64,000 nt of DNA, taken from positions 1,302,001 through 1,366,000 of the forward strand of contig OZ059898.1 of assembly GCA_964057225.1 (NCBI GenBank), given 5' to 3'. This document shows, one piece after another, positions 1 through 11,700 of this stretch. Positions within the stretch are counted from its first letter, which is position 1; each line of letters begins with the position of its first letter. This DNA is from Auanema rhodensis. Lineage: Eukaryota > Animalia > Nematoda. The translations under genes and the position numbers were made by a program. The notes beneath the pieces are model-generated. The model made no database searches and was not told the DNA's origin. It saw only the letters and a program-made list of their open reading frames with translations.

Positions 1-66
1 TTCAAACGATCATAACTAATTTTTGTATTAAGCGTTTCTCAATGTAGTATAGTGCATTCAATGCGG

Positions 67-117
67 ATTTTTAAGCTGCGTCGATCTGTGTTATCAGATT
101 TGCGCTAGCTTAAAAAT
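67..117. other. Inverted repeat 1 of the monomer (representative copy)
   Basis: ATTTTTAAGCT (67-77) / AGCTTAAAAAT (107-117) is a perfect 11-bp pair. It continues inward with GCG/CGC and ATCTG (84-88)/CAGAT (95-99), leaving a 6-nt loop. Confidence 0.9.
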
Positions 118-134
118 GCACCGAGATATAAACT

Positions 135-156
135 GATATAAGTTCACACTTATATC
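135..156. other. Inverted repeat 2 of the monomer (representative copy)
   Basis: GATATAAGT-TCAC-ACTTATATC: perfect 9-bp stem with a 4-nt loop. Confidence 0.9.
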
Positions 157-233
157 CTCGATTTTCACCCTGAAGAATTAATTTTTTCGTTGAATAACAT
201 TGTCCATCGTCTTTGCCTTGAAAAAAGGAATCT

Positions 234-299
234 AAAAACATCTACTTTTTGCTAAATTATTTTGAAATTTTTCGAAAAAATTTTTGTCAAAATGTTTTT
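234..299. other. A/T-tract dyad region of the monomer (representative copy)
   Basis: AAAAACAT (234-241)/ATGTTTTT (292-299) flank the perfect 12-bp palindrome TTTTTCGAAAAA (268-279). The region is dense in A4-6/T4-6 tracts. Confidence 0.8.
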
Positions 300-306
300 G
301 GAAGCA

Positions 307-334
307 ATGTTGAGTGTACATGGAAACTCAACAT
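307..334. other. Inverted repeat 4 of the monomer (representative copy)
   Basis: ATGTTGAGT (307-315) / ACTCAACAT (326-334): perfect 9-bp stem with a 10-nt loop. Confidence 0.9.
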
Positions 335-3300
335 ACACTAATGCATCATTTTTCAAACGATCATAACTAATTTTTGTATTAAGCGTTTCTCAATGTAGTA
401 TAGTGCATTCGATGCGGATTTTTAAGCTGCGTCGATCTGTGTTATCAGATTTGCGCTAGCTTAAAAATGCACCGAGATATAAACTGATATAAGTTCACAC
501 TTATATCCTCGATTTTCACCATGAAGAATTAATTTTTTCGTTGAATAACATTGTCCATCGTCTTTACCTTAAAAAAAGGAATCTAAAAACATCTACTTTT
601 TGCTAAATTATTTTGAAATTTTTCGAAAAAATTTTTGTCAAAATGTTTTTGGAAGCAATGTTGAGTGTACATGGAAACTCAACATACACTAATGCATCAT
701 TTTTCAAACGATCATAACTAATTTTTGTATTAAGCGTTTCTCAATGTGGTATAGTGCATTCGATGCGGATTTTTAAGCTGCGTCGATCTGTGTTATCAGA
801 TTTGCGCTAGCTTAAAAATGCACCGAGATATAAACTGATATAAGTTCACACTTATATCCTCGATTTTCACCCTGAAGAATTAATTTTTTCGTTGAATAAC
901 ATTGTCCATCGTCTTTACCTTGAAAAAAGGAATCTAAAAACATCTACTTTTTGCTAAATTATTTTGAAATTTTTCGAAAAAATTTTTGTCAAAATGTTTT
1001 TGGAAGCAATGTTGAGTGTACATGGAAACTCAACATACACTAATGCATCATTTTTCAAACGATCATAACTAATTTTTGTATTAAGCGTTTCTCAATGTGG
1101 TATAGTGCATTCGATGCGGATTTTTAAGCTGCGTCGATCTGTGTTATCAGATTTGCGCTAGCTTAAAAATGCACCGAGATATAAACTGATATAAGTTCAC
1201 ACTTATATCCTCGATTTTCACCCTGAAGAATTAATTTTTTCGTTGAATAACATTGTCCATCGTTTTTGCCTTGAAAAAAGGAATCTAAAAACATCTACTT
1301 TTTGCTAAATTATTTTGAAATTTTTCGAAAAAATTTTTGTCAAAATGTTTTTGGAAGCAATGTTGAGTGTACATGGAAACTCAACATACACTAATGCATC
1401 ATTTTTCAAACGATCATAACTAATTTTTGTATTAAGCGTTTCTCAATGTAGTATAGTGCATTCGATGCGGATTTTTAAGCTGCGTCGATCTGTGTTATCA
1501 GATTTGCGCTAGCTTAAAAATGCACCGAGATATAAACTGATATAAGTTCACACTTATATCCTCGATTTTCACCCTGAAGAATTAATTTTTTCGTTGAATA
1601 ACATTGTCCATCGTCTTTGCCTTGAAAAAAGGAATCTAAAAACATCTACTTTTTGCTAAATTATTTTGAAATTTTTCGAAAAAATTTTTGTCAAAATGTT
1701 TTTGGAAGCAATGTTGAGTGTACATGGAAACTCAACATACACTAATGCATCATTTTTCAAACAATCATAACTAATTTTTGTATTAAGCGTTTCTCAATGT
1801 GGTATAGTGCATTCGATGCGGATTTTTAAGCTGCGTCGATCTGTGTTATCAGATTTGCGCTAGCTTAAAAATGCACCGAGATATAAACTGATATAAGTTC
1901 ACACTTATATCCTCGATTTTCACCCTGAAGAATTATTTTTTTCGTTGAATAACATTGTCCATCGTCTTTACCTTGAAAAAAGGAATCTAAAAACATCTAC
2001 TTTTTGCTAAATTATTTTGAAATTTTTTGAAAAAATTTTTGACAAAATGTTTTTGGAAGCAATGTTGAGTGTACATGGAAACTCAACATACACTAATGCA
2101 TCATTTTTCAAACGATCATAACTAATTTTTGTTTTAAGCGTTTCTCAATGTGGTATAGTGCATTCGATGCGGATTTTTAAGCTGCGTCGATCTGTGTTAT
2201 CAGATTTGCGCTAGCTTAAAAATGCACCGAGATATAAACTGATATAAGTTCACACTTATATCCTCGATTTTCACCCTGAAGAATTAATTTTTTCGTTGAA
2301 TAACATTGTCCATCGTCTTTACCTTGAAAAAAGGAATCTAAAAACATCTACTTTTTGCTAAATTATTTTGAAATTTTTCGAAAAAATTTTTGTCAAAATG
2401 TTTTTGGAAGCAATGTTGAGTGTACATGGAAACTCAACATACACTAATGCATCATTTTTCAAACGATCATAACTAATTTTTGTATTAAGCGTTTCTCAAT
2501 GTAGTATAGTGCATTCGATGCGGATTTTTAAGCTGCGTCGATCTGTGTTATCAGATTTGCGCTAGCTTAAAAATGCACCGAGATATAAACTGATATAAGT
2601 TCACACTTATATCCTCGATTTTCACCCTGAAGAATTAATTTTTTCGTTGAATAACATTGTCCATCGTCTTTGCCTTGAAAAAAGGAATCTAAAAACATCT
2701 ACTTTTTGCTAAATTATTTTGAAATTTTTCGAAAAAATTTTTGTCAAAATGTTTTTGGAAGCAATGTTGAGTGTACATGGAAACTCAACATACACTAATG
2801 CATCATTTTTCAAACAATCATAACTAATTTTTGTATTAAGCGTTTCTCAATGTGGTATAGTGCATTCGATGCGGATTTTTAAGCTGCGTCGATCTGTGTT
2901 ATCAGATTTGCGCTAGCTGAAAAATGCACCGAGATATAAACTGATATAAGTTCACACTTATATCCTCGATTTTCACCCTGAAGAATTAATTTTTTCGTTG
3001 AATAACATTGTCCATCGTCTTTACCTTGAAAAAAGGAATCTAAAAACATCTACTTTTTGCTAAATTATTTTGAAATTTTTCGAAAAAATTTTTGTCAAAA
3101 TGTTTTTGGAAGCAATGTTGAGTGTACATGGAAACTCAACATACACTAATGCATCATTTTTCAAACGATCATAACTAATTTTTGTATTAAGCGTTTCTCA
3201 ATGTGGTATAGTGCATTCGATGCGGATTTTTAAGCTGCGTCGATCTGTGTTATCAGATTTGCGCTAGCTTAAAAATGCACCGAGATATAAACTGATATAA

Positions 3301-4563
3301 GTTCACACTTATATCCTCGATTTTCACCCTGAAGAATTAATTTTTTCGTTGAATAACATTGTCCATCGTCTTTGCCTTGAAAAAAGGAATCTAAAAACAT
3401 CTACTTTTTGCTAAATTATTTTGAAATTTTTCGAAAAAATTTTTGTCAAAATGTTTTTGGAAGCAATGTTGAGTGTACATGGAAACTCAACATACACTAA
3501 TGCATCATTTTTCAAACAATCATAACTAATTTTTGTATTGAGCGTTTCTCAATGTAGTATAGTGCATTCGATGCGGATTTTTAAGCTGCGTCGATCTGTG
3601 TTATCAGATTTGCGCTAGCTTAAAAATGCACCGAGATATAAACTGATATAAGTTCACACTTATATCCTCGATTTTCACCCTGAAGAATTAATTTTTTCGT
3701 TGAATAACATTGTCCATCGTCTTTGCCTTGAAAAAAGGAATCTAAAAACATCTACTTTTTGCTAAATTATTTTGAAATTTTTCGAAAAAATTTTTGTCAA
3801 AATGTTTTTGGAAGCAATGTTGAGTGTACATGGAAACTCAACATACACTAATGCATCATTTTTCAAACGATCATAACTAATTTTTGTATTAAGCGTTTCT
3901 CAATGTGGTATAGTGCATTCGATGCGGATTTTTAAGCTGCGTCGATCTGTGTTATCAGATTTGCGCTAGCTTAAAAATGCACCGAGATATAAACTGATAT
4001 AAGTTCACACTTATATCCTCGATTTTCACCCTGAAGAATTAATTTTTTCGTTGAATAACATTGTCCATCGTCTTTGCCTTGAAAAAAGGAATCTAAAAAC
4101 ATCTACTTTTTGCTAAATTATTTTGAAATTTTTCGAAAAAATTTTTGTCAAAATGTTTTTGGAAGCAATGTTGAGTGTACATGGAAACTCAACATACACT
4201 AATGCATCATTTTTCAAACAATCATAACTAATTTTTGTATTGAGCGTTTCTCAATGTAGTATAGTGCATTCGATGCGGATTTTTAAGCTGCGTCGATCTG
4301 TGTTATCAGATTTGCGCTAGCTTAAAAATGCACCGAGATATAAACTGATATAAGTTCACACTTATATCCTCGATTTTCACCCTGAAGAATTAATTTTTTC
4401 GTTGAATAACATTGTCCATCGTCTTTGCCTTGAAAAAAGGAATCTAAAAACATCTACTTTTTGCTAAATTATTTTGAAATTTTTCGAAAAAATTTTTGTC
4501 AAAATGTTTTTGGAAGCAATGTTGAGTGTACATGGAAACTCAACATACACTAATGCATCATTT

Positions 4564-7500
4564 TTCAAACGATCATAACTAATTTTTGTATTAAGCGTTT
4601 CTCAATGTGGTATAGTGCATTCGATGCGGATTTTTAAGCTGCGTCGATCTGTGTTATCAGATTTGCGCTAGCTTAAAAATGCACCGAGATATAAACTGAT
4701 ATAAGTTCACACTTATATCCTCGATTTTCACCCTGAAGAATTAATTTTTTCGTTGAATAACATTGTCCATCGTCTTTGCCTTGAAAAAAGGAATCTAAAA
4801 ACATCTACTTTTTGCTAAATTATTTTGAAATTTTTCGAAAAAATTTTTGTCAAAATGTTTTTGGAAGCAATGTTGAGTGTACATGGAAACTCAACATACA
4901 CTAATGCATCATTTTTCAAACGATCATAACTAATTTTTGTATTAAGCGTTTCTCAATGTGGTATAGTGCATTCGATGCGGATTTTTAAGCTGCGTCGATC
5001 TGTGTTATCAGATTTGCGCTAGCTTAAAAATGCACCGAGATATAAACTGATATAAGTTCACACTTATATCCTCGATTTTCACCCTGAAGAATTAATTTTT
5101 TCGTTGAATAACATTGTCCATCGTCTTTGCCTTGAAAAAAGGAATCTAAAAACATCTACTTTTTGCTAAATTATTTTGAAATTTTTCGAAAAAATTTTTG
5201 TCAAAATGTTTTTGGAAGCAATGTTGAGTGTACATGGAAACTCAACATACACTAATGCATCATTTTTCAAACAATCATAACTAATTTTTGTATTAAGCGT
5301 TTCTCAATGTGGTATAGTGCATTCGATGCGGATTTTTAAGCTGCGTCGATCTGTGTTATCAGATTTGCGCTAGCTGAAAAATGCACCGAGATATAAACTG
5401 ATATAAGTTCACACTTATATCCTCGATTTTCACCCTGAAGAATTAATTTTTTCGTTGAATAACATTGTCCATCGTCTTTGCCTTGAAAAAAGGAATCTAA
5501 AAACATCTACTCTTTGCTAAATTATTTTGAAATTTTTCGAAAAAATTTTTGTCAAAATGTTTTTGGAAGCAATGTTGAGTGTACATGGAAACTCAACATA
5601 CACTAATGCATCATTTTTCAAACAATCATAACTAATTTTTGTATTGAGCGTTTCTCAATGTAGTATAGTGCATTCGATGCGGATTTTTAAGCTGCGTCGA
5701 TCTGTGTTATCAGATTTGCGCTAGCTTAAAAATGCACCGAGATATAAACTGATATAAGTTCACACTTATATCCTCGATTTTCACCCTGAAGAATTAATTT
5801 TTTCGTTGAATAACATTGTCCATCGTCTTTGCCTTGAAAAAAGGAATCTAAAAACATCTACTTTTTGCTAAATTATTTTGAAATTTTTCGAAAAAATTTT
5901 TGTCAAAATGTTTTTGGAAGCAATGTTGAGTGTACATGGAAACTCAACATACACTAATGCATCATTTTTCAAACAATCATAACTAATTTTTGTATTAAGC
6001 GTTTCTCAATGTGGTATAGTGCATTCGATGCGGATTTTTAAGCTGCGTCGATCTGTGTTATCAGATTTGCGCTAGCTGAAAAATGCACCGAGATATAAAC
6101 TGATATAAGTTCACACTTATATCCTCGATTTTCACCCTGAAGAATTAATTTTTTCGTTGAATAACATTGTCCATCGTCTTTGCCTTGAAAAAAGGAATCT
6201 AAAAACATCTACTCTTTGCTAAATTATTTTGAAATTTTTCGAAAAAATTTTTGTCAAAATGTTTTTGGAAGCAATGTTGAGTGTACATGGAAACTCAACA
6301 TACACTAATGCATCATTTTTCAAACAATCATAACTAATTTTTGTATTGAGCGTTTCTCAATGTAGTATAGTGCATTCGATGCGGATTTTTAAGCTGCGTC
6401 GATCTGTGTTATCAGATTTGCGCTAGCTTAAAAATGCACCGAGATATAAACTGATATAAGTTCACACTTATATCCTCGATTTTCACCCTGAAGAATTAAT
6501 TTTTTCGTTGAATAACATTGTCCATCGTCTTTGCCTTGAAAAAAGGAATCTAAAAACATCTACTTTTTGCTAAATTATTTTGAAATTTTTCGAAAAAATT
6601 TTTGTCAAAATGTTTTTGGAAGCAATGTTGAGTGTACATGGAAACTCAACATACACTAATGCATCATTTTTCAAACGATCATAACTAATTTTTGTATTAA
6701 GCGTTTCTCAATGTGGTATAGTGCATTCGATGCGGATTTTTAAGCTGCGTCGATCTGTGTTATCAGATTTGCGCTAGCTTAAAAATGCACCGAGATATAA
6801 ACTGATATAAGTTCACACTTATATCCTCGATTTTCACCCTGAAGAATTAATTTTTTCGTTGAATAACATTGTCCATCGTCTTTGCCTTGAAAAAAGGAAT
6901 CTAAAAACATCTACTTTTTGCTAAATTATTTTGAAATTTTTCGAAAAAATTTTTGTCAAAATGTTTTTGGAAGCAATGTTGAGTGTACATGGAAACTCAA
7001 CATACACTAATGCATCATTTTTCAAACGATCATAACTAATTTTTGTATTAAGCGTTTCTCAATGTGGTATAGTGCATTCGATGCGGATTTTTAAGCTGCG
7101 TCGATCTGTGTTATCAGATTTGCGCTAGCTTAAAAATGCACCGAGATATAAACTGATATAAGTTCACACTTATATCCTCGATTTTCACCCTGAAGAATTA
7201 ATTTTTTCGTTGAATAACATTGTCCATCGTCTTTGCCTTGAAAAAAGGAATCTAAAAACATCTACTTTTTGCTAAATTATTTTGAAATTTTTCGAAAAAA
7301 TTTTTGTCAAAATGTTTTTGGAAGCAATGTTGAGTGTACATGGAAACTCAACATACACTAATGCATCATTTTTCAAACAATCATAACTAATTTTTGTATT
7401 AAGCGTTTCTCAATGTGGTATAGTGCATTCGATGCGGATTTTTAAGCTGCGTCGATCTGTGTTATCAGATTTGCGCTAGCTGAAAAATGCACCGAGATAT

Positions 7501-8775
7501 AAACTGATATAAGTTCACACTTATATCCTCGATTTTCACCCTGAAGAATTAATTTTTTCGTTGAATAACATTGTCCATCGTCTTTGCCTTGAAAAAAGGA
7601 ATCTAAAAACATCTACTCTTTGCTAAATTATTTTGAAATTTTTCGAAAAAATTTTTGTCAAAATGTTTTTGGAAGCAATGTTGAGTGTACATGGAAACTC
7701 AACATACACTAATGCATCATTTTTCAAACAATCATAACTAATTTTTGTATTGAGCGTTTCTCAATGTAGTATAGTGCATTCGATGCGGATTTTTAAGCTG
7801 CGTCGATCTGTGTTATCAGATTTGCGCTAGCTTAAAAATGCACCGAGATATAAACTGATATAAGTTCACACTTATATCCTCGATTTTCACCCTGAAGAAT
7901 TAATTTTTTCGTTGAATAACATTGTCCATCGTCTTTGCCTTGAAAAAAGGAATCTAAAAACATCTACTTTTTGCTAAATTATTTTGAAATTTTTCGAAAA
8001 AATTTTTGTCAAAATGTTTTTGGAAGCAATGTTGAGTGTACATGGAAACTCAACATACACTAATGCATCATTTTTCAAACAATCATAACTAATTTTTGTA
8101 TTAAGCGTTTCTCAATGTGGTATAGTGCATTCGATGCGGATTTTTAAGCTGCGTCGATCTGTGTTATCAGATTTGCGCTAGCTGAAAAATGCACCGAGAT
8201 ATAAACTGATATAAGTTCACACTTATATCCTCGATTTTCACCCTGAAGAATTAATTTTTTCGTTGAATAACATTGTCCATCGTCTTTGCCTTGAAAAAAG
8301 GAATCTAAAAACATCTACTCTTTGCTAAATTATTTTGAAATTTTTCGAAAAAATTTTTGTCAAAATGTTTTTGGAAGCAATGTTGAGTGTACATGGAAAC
8401 TCAACATACACTAATGCATCATTTTTCAAACAATCATAACTAATTTTTGTATTGAGCGTTTCTCAATGTAGTATAGTGCATTCGATGCGGATTTTTAAGC
8501 TGCGTCGATCTGTGTTATCAGATTTGCGCTAGCTTAAAAATGCACCGAGATATAAACTGATATAAGTTCACACTTATATCCTCGATTTTCACCCTGAAGA
8601 ATTAATTTTTTCGTTGAATAACATTGTCCATCGTCTTTGCCTTGAAAAAAGGAATCTAAAAACATCTACTTTTTGCTAAATTATTTTGAAATTTTTCGAA
8701 AAAATTTTTGTCAAAATGTTTTTGGAAGCAATGTTGAGTGTACATGGAAACTCAACATACACTAATGCATCATTT
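4564..8775 (+). repeat. 6-monomer-period duplication (C-C-A-B-A-B x2), overlapping the 12-mer
   Basis: The SNP haplotype order of monomers 14-19 equals that of monomers 20-25. This rests on common variants only. Confidence 0.65.
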
Positions 8776-11700
8776 TTCAAACAATCATAACTAATTTTTG
8801 TATTGAGCGTTTCTCAATGTAGTATAGTGCATTCGATGCGGATTTTTAAGCTGCGTCGATCTGTGTTATCAGATTTGCGCTAGCTTAAAAATGCACCGAG
8901 ATATAAACTGATATAAGTTCACACTTATATCCTCGATTTTCACCCTGAAGAATTAATTTTTTCGTTGAATAACATTGTCCATCGTCTTTGCCTTGAAAAA
9001 AGGAATCTAAAAACATCTACTTTTTGCTAAATTATTTTGAAATTTTTCGAAAAAATTTTTGTCAAAATGTTTTTGGAAGCAATGTTGAGTGTACATGGAA
9101 ACTCAACATACACTAATGCATCATTTTTCAAACAATCATAACTAATTTTTGTATTAAGCGTTTCTCAATGTAGTATAGTGCATTCGATGCGGATTTTTAA
9201 GCTGCGTCGATCTGTGTTATCAGATTTGCGCTAGCTTAAAAATGCACCGAGATATCAACTGATATAAGTTCACACTTATATCCTCGATTTTCACCCTGAA
9301 GAATTAATTTTTTAGTTGAATAACATTGTCCATCGTCTTTGCCTTGAAAAATGGAATCTAAAAACATCTACTCTTTGCTAAATTATCTTGAAATTTTTCG
9401 AAAAAATTTTTGTCAAAATGTTTTTGGAAGCAATGTTGAGTGTACATGGAAACTCAACATACACTAATGCATCATTTTTCAAACGATCATAACTAATTTT
9501 TGTATTAAGCGTTTCTCAATGTAGTATAGTGCATTCGATGCGGATTTTTAAGCTGCGTCGATCTGTGTTATCAGATTTGCGCTAGCTTGAAAATGCACCG
9601 AGATATAAACTGATATAAGTTCACACTTATATCCTCGATTTTCACCCTGAAGAATTAATTTTTTCGTTGAATAACATTGTCCATCGTCTTTACCTTGAAA
9701 AAAGGAGTCTAAAAACATCTACTTTTTGCTAAATTATTTTGAAATTTTTCGAAAAAATTTTTGTCAAAATGTTTTTGGAAGCAATGTTGAGTGTACATGG
9801 AAACTCAACATACACTAATGCATCATTTTTCAAACGATCATAACTAATTTTTGTATTAAGCGTTTCTCAATGTAGTATAGTGCATTCGATGCGGATTTTT
9901 AAGCTGCGTCGATCTGTGTTATCAGATTTGCGCTAGCTTAAAAATGCACCGAGATATAAACTGATATAAGTTCACACTTATATCCTCGATTTTCACCCTG
10001 AAGAATTAATTTTTTCGTTGAATAACATTGTCCATCGTCTTTGCCTTGAAAAAAGGAATCTAAAAACATCTACTTTTTGCTAAATTATTTTGAAATTTTT
10101 CGAAAAAATTTTTGTCAAAATGTTTTTGGAAGCAATGTTGAGTGTACATGGAAACTCAACATACACTAATGCATCATTTTTCAAACGATCATAACTAATT
10201 TTTGTATTAAGCGTTTCTCAATGTAGTATAGTGCATTCGTTGCGGATTTTTAAGCTGCGTCGTTCTGTGTTATCAGATTTGCGCTAGCTTAAAAATGCAC
10301 CGAGATATAAACTGATATAAGTTCACACTTATATCCTCGATTTTCACCCTGAAGAATTAATTTTTTCGTTGAATAACATTGTCCATCGTCTTTGCCTTGA
10401 AAAAAGGAATCTAAAAACATCTACTTTTTGCTAAATTATTTTGAAATTTTTCGAAAAAATTTTTGTCAAAATGTTTTTGGAAGCAATGTTGAGTGTACAT
10501 GGAAACTCAACATACACTAATGCATCATTTTTCAAACAATCATAACTAATTTTTGTATTAAGCGTTTCTCAATGTGGTATAGTGCATTCGATGCGGATTT
10601 TTAAGCTGCGTCGATCTGTGTTATCAGATTTGCGCTAGCTGAAAAATGCACCGAGATATAAACTGATATAAGTTCACACTTATATCCTCGATTTTCACCC
10701 TGAAGAATTAATTTTTTCGTTGAATAACATTGTCCATCGTCTTTGCCTTGAAAAAAGGAATCTAAAAACATCTACTCTTTGCTAAATTATTTTGAAATTT
10801 TTCGAAAAAATTTTTGTCAAAATGTTTTTGGAAGCAATGTTGAGTGTACATGGAAACTCAACATACACTAATGCATCATTTTTCAAACAATCATAACTAA
10901 TTTTTGTATTGAGCGTTTCTCAATGTAGTATAGTGCATTCGATGCGGATTTTTAAGCTGCGTCGATCTGTGTTATCAGATTTGCGCTAGCTTAAAAATGC
11001 ACCGAGATATAAACTGATATAAGTTCACACTTATATCCTCGATTTTCACCCTGAAGAATTAATTTTTTCGTTGAATAACATTGTCCATCGTCTTTGCCTT
11101 GAAAAAAGGAATCTAAAAACATCTACTTTTTGCTAAATTATTTTGAAATTTTTCGAAAAAATTTTTGTCAAAATGTTTTTGGAAGCAATGTTGAGTGTAC
11201 ATGGAAACTCAACATACACTAATGCATCATTTTTCAAACGATCATAACTAATTTTTGTATTAAGCGTTTCTCAATGTGGTATAGTGCATTCGATGCGGAT
11301 TTTTAAGCTGCGTCGATCTGTGTTATCAGATTTGCGCTAGCTTAAAAATGCACCGAGATATAAACTGATATAAGTTCACACTTATATCCTCGATTTTCAC
11401 CCTGAAGAATTAATTTTTTCGTTGAATAACATTGTCCATCGTCTTTGCCTTGAAAAAAGGAATCTAAAAACATCTACTTTTTGCTAAATTATTTTGAAAT
11501 TTTTCGAAAAAATTTTTGTCAAAATGTTTTTGGAAGCAATGTTGAGTGTACATGGAAACTCAACATACACTAATGCATCATTTTTCAAACAATCATAACT
11601 AATTTTTGTATTAAGCGTTTCTCAATGTGGTATAGTGCATTCGATGCGGATTTTTAAGCTGCGTCGATCTGTGTTATCAGATTTGCGCTAGCTGAAAAAT

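Noticed and set aside
135-190. Rho-independent terminators or bacterial promoters from hairpins and T-runs
   Set aside because: There is no gene context, the stems are AT-rich and not directly followed by a U-tract, and such motifs are expected by chance at 69% AT.
185-201. CENP-B box-like motif TTTCGTTGAATAACATT
   Set aside because: It matches the TTCG....A half but lacks the essential CGGG.
170-330. Hammerhead ribozyme / retrozyme-like repeat (CTGAAGA matches CUGANGA; GAAA and GAAAC occur downstream; unit size fits)
   Set aside because: I could not build stem II between CTGAAGA and any GAAA, nor a stem I partner with an NUH site on the same strand. The minus strand has no CTGANGA. An Infernal or RNAMotif search on a dimer would settle it.
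1-351. Tandem 5S rRNA, tRNA, snRNA or spliced-leader gene array, or a coding repeat (351 is divisible by 3)
   Set aside because: I recognised no 5S, tRNA cloverleaf or spliced-leader sequence, and the ORF track shows no frame staying open across monomers. An Rfam search was not possible here.
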